Source of the DNA: a virus
Lineage: Duplodnaviria; Heunggongvirae; Uroviricota; Caudoviricetes
Direction: 5' to 3' (one strand)
IMG/VR virus record: IMGVR_UViG_3300011008_000003
DNA length: 64,000 nt
The position numbers and the translations under genes were made by a program. The notes under the pieces were generated by a model, which worked only from the letters and a program-made list of their open reading frames with translations, ran no database searches and was not told where the DNA came from. Shown in pieces: positions 55,304 through 63,558 of this stretch (positions within the stretch are counted from its first letter, which is position 1; every line of letters starts with the position of its first letter).

Positions 55304-55644
55304 TGGAGCACTTTGTCCATATACATTATGTCGTACAGAGCACGCAATCCGGTAATGCCGCCTGTAGCGATAGCCTTGCAAATATCGTCCATATATACAA
55401 TCAGAGATTTGCTCGGGTCAAGATCCGTCGAATCGAGCTTACCCGTCACCTTATATAATCTGGAATAAGGAGCCTTATAAACAAAACTCCAATGCGAATT
55501 ACAGGTGGCTCCGATATACATATTATTATCGTTGGAATTCCACATGACGGTCGTATCGCCAATAAAATATTTCTTCAAGAAACCGTTCTCGAATTCTTGC
55601 TTGCCGTCAAAATATTTAGTTATTATTCCAAAATAATCCGTCAT
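55300..55644 (-). CDS. Hypothetical protein
   Basis: 114 aa. Confidence 0.7.
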   Translation of the reverse strand: MTDYFGIITKYFDGKQEFENGFLKKYFIGDTTVMWNSNDNNMYIGATCNSHWSFVYKAPYSRLYKVTGKLDSTDLDPSKSLIVYMDDICKAIATGGITGLRALYDIMYMDKVLQ

Positions 55645-55646
55645 AT

Positions 55647-56189
55647 TTACTCAACCCATACATAATTGACATCATGGCAGTTTACGCTAAGCAGCTCACC
55701 CTTTCGTTTTTCAAGTTCGTTTAACATTTCAGCTGTATAATTTTTAGAACCGCTCTGACATTCTTCAGTTTCACATGGAGAAACTCCGACATATAAGTAA
55801 TCCATAGCAGTCGGTTTTAAATTATTTTCGAGATGTTCATTCAATTCTTCTTCGGTCCAGAGTACGTTTTCATAAACCGTTGTATCGTCAACAATCGTCC
55901 TGTTATATAAGTCGACATAAGACCATGGTTCAGACGGCTGAATATCTGACTTATAAAATTCCGGTGCGGAAGCATACAGCTGGATTACTTCATCGACATT
56001 CGGGTGATAATACCTGATAGTATAGTCGCAACGCTTAGTCGACAAATCTTCAGAAGATACGCCGTTATCGGAACATCCGAAAAGCATTGCTACAGTGGTC
56101 GCGATGATAAAAACCATTAACAGGTAGAACGGCATTTCGCGAAGGGTAATACCTTTCTTTTCTTTCTTTGTATATTCTGATAATGTCAT
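55647..56189 (-). CDS. Lipoprotein
   Basis: Lipobox LFG-C-SDNG. Confidence 0.75.
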   Translation of the reverse strand: MTLSEYTKKEKKGITLREMPFYLLMVFIIATTVAMLFGCSDNGVSSEDLSTKRCDYTIRYYHPNVDEVIQLYASAPEFYKSDIQPSEPWSYVDLYNRTIVDDTTVYENVLWTEEELNEHLENNLKPTAMDYLYVGVSPCETEECQSGSKNYTAEMLNELEKRKGELLSVNCHDVNYVWVE

Positions 56190-56198
56190 TTTTTCCTC

Positions 56199-56585
56199 TT
56201 ATTTTTTGTACTGGTTGATTACGTTTTTGAGTGAGTCGATTATTGCCTTATCGTCTTCTTTCTTTAAAGGTTCAACCTTATATTCTACAGAATCCTTATA
56301 CCATTTCGCCTTCTTGCTAAGACACTTTATGGTTTCTTCCTGGCATGTCGGTTTCGTCTCGTAGAACATCTTAAGCTGAGTATTTTTATCCGGAGCTACA
56401 AAGTATAATGCTATACCGCCAGCAACGCATACTATTCCCAGAATAAGCATTGCAATATCGTCACCTTCTATGGATTTACGGCGGATTCGATTACGAATAA
56501 ACAGGAACAAGACAACGTTGCCGAAATTCAAGATAAGCAGGGCAACGATAAAAACAAGCCAGAAAATAAAAATAATAGATGCCAT
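56199..56585 (-). CDS. Membrane protein (2 TM)
   Basis: Hydrophobic segments; GGAG RBS. Confidence 0.75.
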   Translation of the reverse strand: MASIIFIFWLVFIVALLILNFGNVVLFLFIRNRIRRKSIEGDDIAMLILGIVCVAGGIALYFVAPDKNTQLKMFYETKPTCQEETIKCLSKKAKWYKDSVEYKVEPLKKEDDKAIIDSLKNVINQYKK

Positions 56586-56587
56586 AT

Positions 56588-57064
56588 TTACTCCGATTTA
56601 ACCCACTTGGGCACGAGCGAGCCTTCATATTCAGCGATTTGGTCAAGAATCTTCTTTACTGCCTTGATAACCTTTTTACCATTTAACGCTACATAATGGC
56701 AGTCAGGGTTACTTCCGGCACGTTCCTTGTATTCGTTGTTACGTTTGAAAAAATCGTCCCAGTATGTCACATGCGGCAAATGCCCGCCTTCGATACAGGT
56801 ACAGTCGTATGTAAACGCCAACTGATCCTTGTAATAATAGCCAATCATGCACTTATACTGTGGTTTAAAGTTACGGGCAGTAAATTCAAATCCTGAATCT
56901 GCGACGAGCTTATCAATTTCATTCTTGGTATCAATATATTGTTGGCTCGGAGGCGTATTCATAAAATACGGGTCTTTCTTCTTGATTTCCTGGAATTCTT
57001 CAAGAATTTCTGGATGTACAAGGCCGATCCAGCCGGCGAGTTTTTTGCATTCATCTGTATTCAT
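56588..57064 (-). CDS. Hypothetical protein (leaderless start)
   Basis: ATG 7 nt after -10. Confidence 0.75.
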   Translation of the reverse strand: MNTDECKKLAGWIGLVHPEILEEFQEIKKKDPYFMNTPPSQQYIDTKNEIDKLVADSGFEFTARNFKPQYKCMIGYYYKDQLAFTYDCTCIEGGHLPHVTYWDDFFKRNNEYKERAGSNPDCHYVALNGKKVIKAVKKILDQIAEYEGSLVPKWVKSE

Positions 57065-57071
57065 GTATCAG

Positions 57072-57104
57072 AATATAGAAAAAGGGCTGACTTACGTCAA
57101 CCCT
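57072..57104 (-). promoter_or_regulatory. Fused terminator/early promoter element
   Basis: AGGGTTGAC-GTAA-GTCAGCCCTTTTT-C-TATATT. Confidence 0.9.
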
Positions 57105-57108
57105 GTTT

Positions 57109-57648
57109 TTAAAGGTTATTGTCAATCGTATATAGCATATCGCCGTGATTAATACATGATTCTATACATGACTTGGTAGTTACCAGGTCAAGCATATTAC
57201 AGGGCGTAGTTCGACCCTGATAGATAAGATCTGCCGATGTATAGTAATGTCTTTTCTTCGGATGCCTTGCCATGGCTTTAGACGACATCAAATCGAATTC
57301 GCTGTTATATGTACCGTGTTTTCTCGCGTATTGGCCGTTAGGTAATGGTATAACTTGGACTCCTTGGACGGTAAGAATACTCGGTACAATATCGCCTGCC
57401 TCGATAACGAGCCACTGATTAGTTACGGCGATATATATTTCTTCGCTTCCGTGTAATTTTAAAACCGGCATGCAGTCTGAAACAATTCTGCATTTATGTC
57501 CGTCTATTTTCACAGAACCGTTATATGCGATAAATAGTTCATCGGCATAATCATTAATATGGTTATTTAAATAATTGGCTATATTATAGCCTTGTGCATT
57601 AATGACCGGACCGTTAATCTTTATCGGTTTTTTCTGTCTTATAGGCAT
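57109..57648 (-). CDS. Hypothetical protein (leaderless start MPIRQKK)
   Basis: ATG 7 nt after -10. Confidence 0.7.
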   Translation of the reverse strand: MPIRQKKPIKINGPVINAQGYNIANYLNNHINDYADELFIAYNGSVKIDGHKCRIVSDCMPVLKLHGSEEIYIAVTNQWLVIEAGDIVPSILTVQGVQVIPLPNGQYARKHGTYNSEFDLMSSKAMARHPKKRHYYTSADLIYQGRTTPCNMLDLVTTKSCIESCINHGDMLYTIDNNL

Positions 57649-57655
57649 ATTTGTA

Positions 57656-57687
57656 AATATAATAAAAAGGTTGACTCTCGTCAACCC
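57656..57687 (-). promoter_or_regulatory. Fused terminator/early promoter element
   Basis: GGTTGAC-GAGA-GTCAACC-TTTTT-AT-TATATT. Confidence 0.88.
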
Positions 57688-57712
57688 ATTATTCATTAAA
57701 AATTTCTTTTAA

Positions 57713-58033
57713 TTAAGCGAAAAGATTTATAATATCATCATAGCTCAAGTCACCCTTGACGTCTTCTTCTGCTTCCGGTTCGTTTGTGTCATCAACGATT
57801 GCGACCCATCTTTGCTGGTCGTCACTTTGCGCCTTTAATGTTAAAAAACGACCATCTGCATGTGTGAATACAAGTTTTGCCGGTACAGTGACTGTGTATT
57901 TGCTGAGTGATTTCACAAGTTCCCAGCCATTACTTGTAAGTGCTTGGATAATCTCAGAAGATATTCCGGTATCTTCTTTAATAAGCTTATGGCCGGTTCT
58001 ATTCAGTAATTGTTTTGCTTCGTTTAAATTCAT
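57713..58033 (-). CDS. Putative head-internal protein (N-terminal MNLNEAKQLLNRTGHKLIKE tag)
   Basis: AGGAGG RBS; downstream in a late operon. Confidence 0.75.
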   Translation of the reverse strand: MNLNEAKQLLNRTGHKLIKEDTGISSEIIQALTSNGWELVKSLSKYTVTVPAKLVFTHADGRFLTLKAQSDDQQRWVAIVDDTNEPEAEEDVKGDLSYDDIINLFA

Positions 58034-58045
58034 TGGTACCTCCTA

Positions 58046-58971
58046 TTAGCCCTTGCCGTATTCCTTAGCCAGTTCCTTACATTCAGCAGAAGGAACGTCA
58101 GAATCAAATACCTTGGAATTAATGTTAATTCGCGAGTCATACTGTTCAAGTTCTTCCATAATCCTGTAGAATGATGTAGAAAGCAAAGTCTGCAACTGGA
58201 ATGTTCCGCTTACCATATTATCGTCGGATTTTGCGGCGCTACGGAACTGTCTAGCCAGTTTATTGCACTTCTGGATAAGATCATTTACAAAATACTTGTC
58301 GTTTTTCAATTTTGCAGCCGCACGGGACATTTGTAAAGAAAGAAGTCCGACAAAATGGTTCGCCAGCTTATCGTCCATCCTGTTCATTTCCTGTCCGAGA
58401 AACGTTTCGCCTTTGAAAGTCCTTGCAGCCTAGTCGCCGAAACCTTCTTTAACGATATATCCGTGTTTCTCCAATAACTGTTTTGCTTCATTGATAGTCA
58501 TATTTTTATTCTTTATTTTTGTTGATTCATTTTCGTGTGCGCCGGAAATCCATTCGTCTTGATCTTCATCATAGTCACTAACAGATTTCTTCTGTTTTCG
58601 GGCATTATTACGTTTCTTTAAATATTCTTCAAATTCATCAATAGAATTATATGTAGCATAACACTTATTGCCTAAAAATACTCTTATAATAATATTTTGT
58701 TTTGTATCAACAACAATCGAAAATTGTGTTCCATAACGAGTTCTTATATAATAATGTGAAGTGCCGTCTCTGCCGTCCCAATAACCTAAAGGTTCATCTT
58801 TACTGGTCTTACCATCCGAAGTACCATCCCACCAATAAAAATCATCGCCAAGATATGTATCTTTGAGTTTTTAAGTTCATCTAGTATAGCATAGTCATTA
58901 GACGTATCTCTTGTTAAGTCATCATACTCGCAAAGCATACCTGCATGTTTAAGCATATTTTTATAATTCAT
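58046..58971 (-). pseudogene. Late tagged protein broken by a frameshift (A5 run 58868-58872) and an in-frame TAG (58430-58432)
   Basis: One frame is open 58870 to 58046 except for a single TAG and contains MTINEAKQLLEKHGYIVKE; the 5' part MNYKNMLKHAGMLCE is in another frame. Confidence 0.65.
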
Positions 58972-58990
58972 TTGAAACTCCTATTTTTAT

Positions 58991-58998
58991 TATTTATA
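58991..58998 (-). promoter_or_regulatory. T4-type late promoter TATAAATA
   Basis: Leader nearly identical to that of the 53915 gene. Confidence 0.8.
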
Positions 58999-59000
58999 AG

Positions 59001-59026
59001 AAAACCGGCAATCATTGATTACCGGT
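59001..59026 (-). terminator. Intrinsic terminator of glf abutting the late promoter
   Basis: ACCGGTAATC..GATTGCCGGT-TTT. Confidence 0.7.
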
Positions 59027-59032
59027 CTCGTA

Positions 59033-60127
59033 TTAAAGGGTTTCAATCAGTTTGAACGCAGCTTCTATCGTGTCGTCCATGTCGAAATACTTGTAATTTC
59101 CAAGTCTTCCAACAAATCTGGTCTTCTCGTTCGGGATAGCCTTATATTTTTCATATAATGTGTTGTTCTTCTCGTTATTGACCGGATAATAAGGAACGTC
59201 TCCCTTCTTCCATTCAGAACTGTATTCCTTACTGATAATAGTCTTATCAGAACCCATATTATTAAACCACTTATGTTCAATGATTCTTGTATATGGTTCC
59301 TCGTCAGAAGTATAGTTGACGACCGCATTTCCCTGATAGTTCTCCTTGTCAAGAACTTCGGTCTCGAACCTCACGGAACGGTATTCCAACGGACCGTAGC
59401 AATAGTCATAATACTCGTCGATACAGCCGGAATAGAACACATGGTCAGCCATCGATTCCCACTTTTCCTTGTCCTTCAGGAAATCAGTATTCAAAAGAAT
59501 ATCAGCGCCTTCAAACATTCTCTTAATGAGTTTTGTATAACCTTCTACAGGAATACCTTGATATGTATCATTAAAATAATTATTGTCATATGTAAATCTT
59601 AAAGGAAGTCTTTTGATGATTTCAGGCGGAAGATCCTTAGGATCTCTCTGCCACTGCTTCAACGTATAGCCCTTGATTAAGGTCTCGTACATGGTCTTTC
59701 CGACCATGTTGATAGCCTGTTCCTCGAGGTTCTTCGGATTATCCACATGATACTGTTCCGATTCTTCCCTAATCTTATTCTGCGCCTCTTCCGGGGTCAC
59801 GACACCGTAAAGCTGATGGAACGTGTTCATGTTGAACGGAAGATTGTAGATTTTACCTTTGTAATTAGCTATCGTATTCAACTGGAACGTGTTGAACTCG
59901 CCGAATTGATTTACAAAATTCCAGATTTTTTTATTGGATGTATGAAAAATGTGCGGGCCTCTGCAGTGAATATCAATATTTTCTCTTCTTTCAGTATAGC
60001 AATTACCTGCAATATGGGGGCGTTTTTCGATAACTAATACTGACTTACCTGCTTTGATAAAATGATACGCCAACGTAGCGTTAAATAAGCCAGCACCAAC
60101 CAAAAGTATATTGTAATGTTCTTTCAT
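59033..60127 (-). CDS. glf: UDP-galactopyranose mutase
   Basis: VGAGL, IAGNCY, GPHIFHT, LPFNMNTF, GYTLKQW, YQGIP, TRIIEHK, PYYP, GRLGNYKYFDMD. Confidence 0.95.
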   Translation of the reverse strand: MKEHYNILLVGAGLFNATLAYHFIKAGKSVLVIEKRPHIAGNCYTERRENIDIHCRGPHIFHTSNKKIWNFVNQFGEFNTFQLNTIANYKGKIYNLPFNMNTFHQLYGVVTPEEAQNKIREESEQYHVDNPKNLEEQAINMVGKTMYETLIKGYTLKQWQRDPKDLPPEIIKRLPLRFTYDNNYFNDTYQGIPVEGYTKLIKRMFEGADILLNTDFLKDKEKWESMADHVFYSGCIDEYYDYCYGPLEYRSVRFETEVLDKENYQGNAVVNYTSDEEPYTRIIEHKWFNNMGSDKTIISKEYSSEWKKGDVPYYPVNNEKNNTLYEKYKAIPNEKTRFVGRLGNYKYFDMDDTIEAAFKLIETL

Positions 60128-60157
60128 TTATTCACCTTTGTAATAAAAACTTTACAT

Positions 60158-60169
60158 TATTTATAAATA
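60158..60169. promoter_or_regulatory. Palindromic bidirectional late promoter (TATTTATAAATA)
   Basis: TATAAATA on both strands between divergent glf and endonuclease genes. Confidence 0.7.
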
Positions 60170-60227
60170 ATATATGGTGTTAGTAACGGTAATTACTAAC
60201 ACCTACCAAACACAATGAGGTAGCATT

Positions 60228-61259
60228 ATGTCTGATACATTATATATAAAACCAGATAAAGAAAAAACGTATTCTGTTAATTCCGAAGAAGAATTAAATT
60301 ATTATAAATCCCTAAGACCTATTAGACTTTGGTCACGAACACATTTTAAATGTAAATGTAGTAAGTGCCATGAAGATAAAGACATTTTATTATTAAATTT
60401 GAAATTTCCATTTATTTGCTTTAAATGTAAAGCAAAAATAGTTGGCAATAAAGAATCTACAAAAGAACGCCGTAAAGCTACATGTTTAGCTAAATATGGT
60501 GTTGAAAATACATTTCAATCAGAAGAAAAGAAAGCTAAAATACATCAAACTTGTATGGAACGCTATGGCTATGAATGTGCATCACAAGTTCCAGAATTTA
60601 TAGAAAAACAAAAGAAAACTAATATAGAACGTTATGGTGTTCCTTGTACATTAAATACTAAAGAAAATCTTATTAAACGCAAAGAAACTTGGATAGAACA
60701 TTATGGTGTTGATAACCCTAATAAATCTGATATAATAAAAGCAAAAACAATAAAAACTAATTTAGAAAAATATGGTGTTACAAACCATATGAAAACTGAA
60801 GAATCTAAATTAAAATCAATGCAAACTAAACTAGAAAAATATGGAGATGCATTCTATTCTGGATTTGTAATTTATTATTATAACAATATCTTTTTTAGAT
60901 CTAAACCTGAATTATGTTTCTACATTTATAATAAGGATCAGGGAAAAGATATAATTTATGAACCACAACCATATTTTAAATATCAATGCGAAGATAAAGA
61001 ATATTATTATAAACCCGATTTCTTATTAGAAAATAAATTATATGAAATTAAAGGCGATTATTTCTTTGACGATGCTGATAATCTCATAAATCCATATGAT
61101 AGGTCATTAGACAATGTTGCTAAAGCTAAACAATTATGCATGGAAGAACATAATGTTACTGTTTTAAAAAGCAATAAATATATGTTCTATGTCGACTATG
61201 TTAAAGAAAAATATGGAACTGATTATATAGAAACTTTTAGATATAAAAAAGAGGATTAA
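60228..61259 (+). mobile_element. Free-standing homing endonuclease (Zn finger, KYGV repeats, PD-(D/E)xK nuclease)
   Basis: CSKC..CFKC; about 6 repeats T(C/N)xE(K/R)YGV; FRSKPE..YKPDF..YEIKG; opposite strand to neighbours; AT-rich. Confidence 0.8.
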
Positions 61260-61266
61260 TATCCTC
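61251..61266. terminator. Bidirectional terminator
   Basis: GAGGAT-TAAT-ATCCTC with flanking A/T tracts. Confidence 0.6.
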
Positions 61267-61269
61267 TTT

Positions 61270-61827
61270 TTAATTATTTGGTAAACCACTCCATATTATA
61301 CCATCATTGTTATTTGCAATAATTGTTTGACATACTGTTGTTTCATTCATATCATTTGATATATTATTAAGCATTTGTTCAATTTCATTTAAAAATGGTT
61401 CTGCAATAATCATCAATTTATTATCAATTATAGTTAAATGATTATTTATATTTTGGCCATCTTTTAAATGAGAAATTAATAATTCTTTACCTACAATATT
61501 ACGATGAATAAAATTACATCGTAATGTGGCATATAAAAATTCACCGATTGTATTTATTTGATTTGGCTCCGGTCGTATATGTAAATTTCTATTATATATT
61601 GAAATTATATTTGATTCAATATTTTGATATTTAATATTTTGCGGTTTTAAATAAACATTAATTAAATTTTTAAATTTTTCATTATCATGTCCAGTTTGAT
61701 ATAAATCTGCTGACATTGAACCTAATAATGCAGAAATTATTGTGAATGTTTGTGGAGAACCAATAATAGCAATTTTTCGACAATCATTAATTATTGATAT
61801 GTATTTATTATAATACTGGTGATTCAT
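61270..61827 (-). CDS. Hypothetical protein (leaderless; HEPN-like R-x4-H)
   Basis: LYATLRCNFIH; AT-rich. Confidence 0.6.
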   Translation of the reverse strand: MNHQYYNKYISIINDCRKIAIIGSPQTFTIISALLGSMSADLYQTGHDNEKFKNLINVYLKPQNIKYQNIESNIISIYNRNLHIRPEPNQINTIGEFLYATLRCNFIHRNIVGKELLISHLKDGQNINNHLTIIDNKLMIIAEPFLNEIEQMLNNISNDMNETTVCQTIIANNNDGIIWSGLPNN

Positions 61828-61834
61828 AATATTT

Positions 61835-61867
61835 AATATAGTAAAAAGACTGACATTTGTCAGCCTT
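61835..61867 (-). promoter_or_regulatory. Fused terminator/early promoter element (variant)
   Basis: AAGGCTGAC-AAAT-GTCAGTCTTTTT-AC-TATATT. Confidence 0.75.
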
Positions 61868-61876
61868 TATTTTAAG

Positions 61877-62725
61877 TTATATTATCATTTCACATATATC
61901 ACTACAATAAACCGGTTTTTTTGTAATTTCATTTATTATTCTTGCTTCATTATAATTAGATTCTATAAAAATTAATGCATCACTTTGCTTATAAAAATTA
62001 GCTTTATATTTTGCAGGATTTATTTTTCTACGTTCTTCATGATTTTTTGCAGGACACATAATTAATTTTTCATATTCTATATTATGTTCTTTTAACCAAT
62101 TTTCAGTAATTTTTCTATATTTTTCTAGTCGACCTGTTACTATATATTTTAACTTTTTATCTGGTACAAATTTTTGCTTAGATTGTTTTATAAAATTAAT
62201 ATATTTTTCGCCATCATCATCTATGCCTTTTGGAACATCTTCGCATAAAAATCCATCCATATCTATACAACCTCTATTTATACCACGTTTTAAAATATTC
62301 CATGGTAAAAATTGGTCTTTAAAAATTTGAAAATAAATATCAACTTTATTAACAGAATATGGTTCTACAAAAATTACACAAGTTGTAATTTTAACTTCTT
62401 TGTTATTTTCTATAATTTTTTGTTTTGCTGTATTCATTGTTTCACCTAAACCCATTGCATCATCAAACAATAAAATATGTTTTACATTTATAGGGTAATC
62501 TGGTGATAATGATGCTTTTCTTAATTTAATAGATTCAGTATTATTTAAAAAATCAAATAATGAAACTACAGGTTTTCTAAGATATTCGCCAAGAATTGTT
62601 CCAAATATATAACCACTTCTTGGAATACATACAATTAAATCTATATCTGATGGTATTTTAATTAATGAATTAAAACATAATGCATTTATATAATTTAAAT
62701 CTTTATAATTTCTAAAATCTAACAT
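61877..62725 (-). CDS. Type I phosphoribosyltransferase fused to a HAD phosphatase
   Basis: IPRSG, ILLFDDAMGLGETM (PRPP loop); CIDMDG, IVTGR, FIES (HAD motifs). Confidence 0.85.
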   Translation of the reverse strand: MLDFRNYKDLNYINALCFNSLIKIPSDIDLIVCIPRSGYIFGTILGEYLRKPVVSLFDFLNNTESIKLRKASLSPDYPINVKHILLFDDAMGLGETMNTAKQKIIENNKEVKITTCVIFVEPYSVNKVDIYFQIFKDQFLPWNILKRGINRGCIDMDGFLCEDVPKGIDDDGEKYINFIKQSKQKFVPDKKLKYIVTGRLEKYRKITENWLKEHNIEYEKLIMCPAKNHEERRKINPAKYKANFYKQSDALIFIESNYNEARIINEITKKPVYCSDICEMII

Positions 62726-62727
62726 TA

Positions 62728-63558
62728 TTAACCTAACATTTTTTTAATTTCATCGATTGATAATTTATCCCATTCATCTGTTTTATATTCTGGAAATATT
62801 TTTTTCCATTTTTCCATTAAATGTGGAAATAATCGTAATACAATATAAAATTGTAAATTTTTCCACCATACACCATTGATATTTTTACCAGCAGCATTTA
62901 ATCCTGTACTATTCATACTATCATCACATGCATATTTATCAAGGTGTAAACAGCCCGATTCAATATCATTATATCTATACCATGGTTGTAACCAACTTTC
63001 ATCACATTTTGGGCAGTATTTTAAACGTAGTTCTAAATATTTTGGATTTAATGCTTCTAATGGAAATGTATCTGGCGGTATTACACTATTTCCGGAAATT
63101 TTCATACGAATAGAATGATCAGGTAATTTTAATTGTTTATAATGACGATATTTAAAATTTATACCTTTATCTGGAACTAAATAATTTACTAAAGACTCAA
63201 AAACAGCATATATCCTTTTTGACGTAGTTACTGTTTTCATTCGTTCTACTAATTTTATGTCATAAAAATTATCTTCATCTATTGCTACTACATAATCATG
63301 ATAATGTTTTGGATAAACATTCCAACGTTTTGTACAACCATCGTCATAATCTACCCATGAAATAATTACATTATTTGCTTTACATACTAATAACAAATCT
63401 TCAGGTAAATCTTTTTCTTTATTCGGAAAATTTACAGTTGATAACCAAAGATAAAAATAATCCGGCTTAACTGTTTGTGTTTTAAAAAATTTATATAAAA
63501 ATTTACCGACTTCTTTTATTCTTTTTGGGTATGATGTCATAGTAACTACGGTTTTCAT
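62728..63558 (-). CDS. GT-A-fold glycosyltransferase
   Basis: TMTSYPKRI..QTVKPD..LWL..LPEDL..AIDEDNFY..CDESW. Confidence 0.75.
   Translation of the reverse strand: MKTVVTMTSYPKRIKEVGKFLYKFFKTQTVKPDYFYLWLSTVNFPNKEKDLPEDLLLVCKANNVIISWVDYDDGCTKRWNVYPKHYHDYVVAIDEDNFYDIKLVERMKTVTTSKRIYAVFESLVNYLVPDKGINFKYRHYKQLKLPDHSIRMKISGNSVIPPDTFPLEALNPKYLELRLKYCPKCDESWLQPWYRYNDIESGCLHLDKYACDDSMNSTGLNAAGKNINGVWWKNLQFYIVLRLFPHLMEKWKKIFPEYKTDEWDKLSIDEIKKMLG

Noticed and set aside
6205-57687. GGGTTGAC..GTCAACCC repeats as CRISPR repeats, integron attC sites or IS ends
   Set aside because: Copies are kilobases apart with no spacers, cas, integrase or transposase genes; promoter geometry, GNRA loops and G-U wobbles explain them as terminator/promoter units.
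58430-58432. Genome-wide TAG-to-Gln recoding (genetic code 15)
   Set aside because: Only one in-frame TAG was found. TAG ends many genes normally (e.g. 10106, 12787, 15323, 19139, 22051, 26351, 46545, 50375), other late genes here have no internal TAG, and a comparable in-frame TAA exists at 14272. Recoding in structural regions outside the window cannot be excluded.
58866-58876. Programmed -1 frameshift at CTT AAA AAC
   Set aside because: Not a canonical X XXY YYZ heptamer and no clear downstream stimulator; a 1-nt homopolymer loss is simpler.
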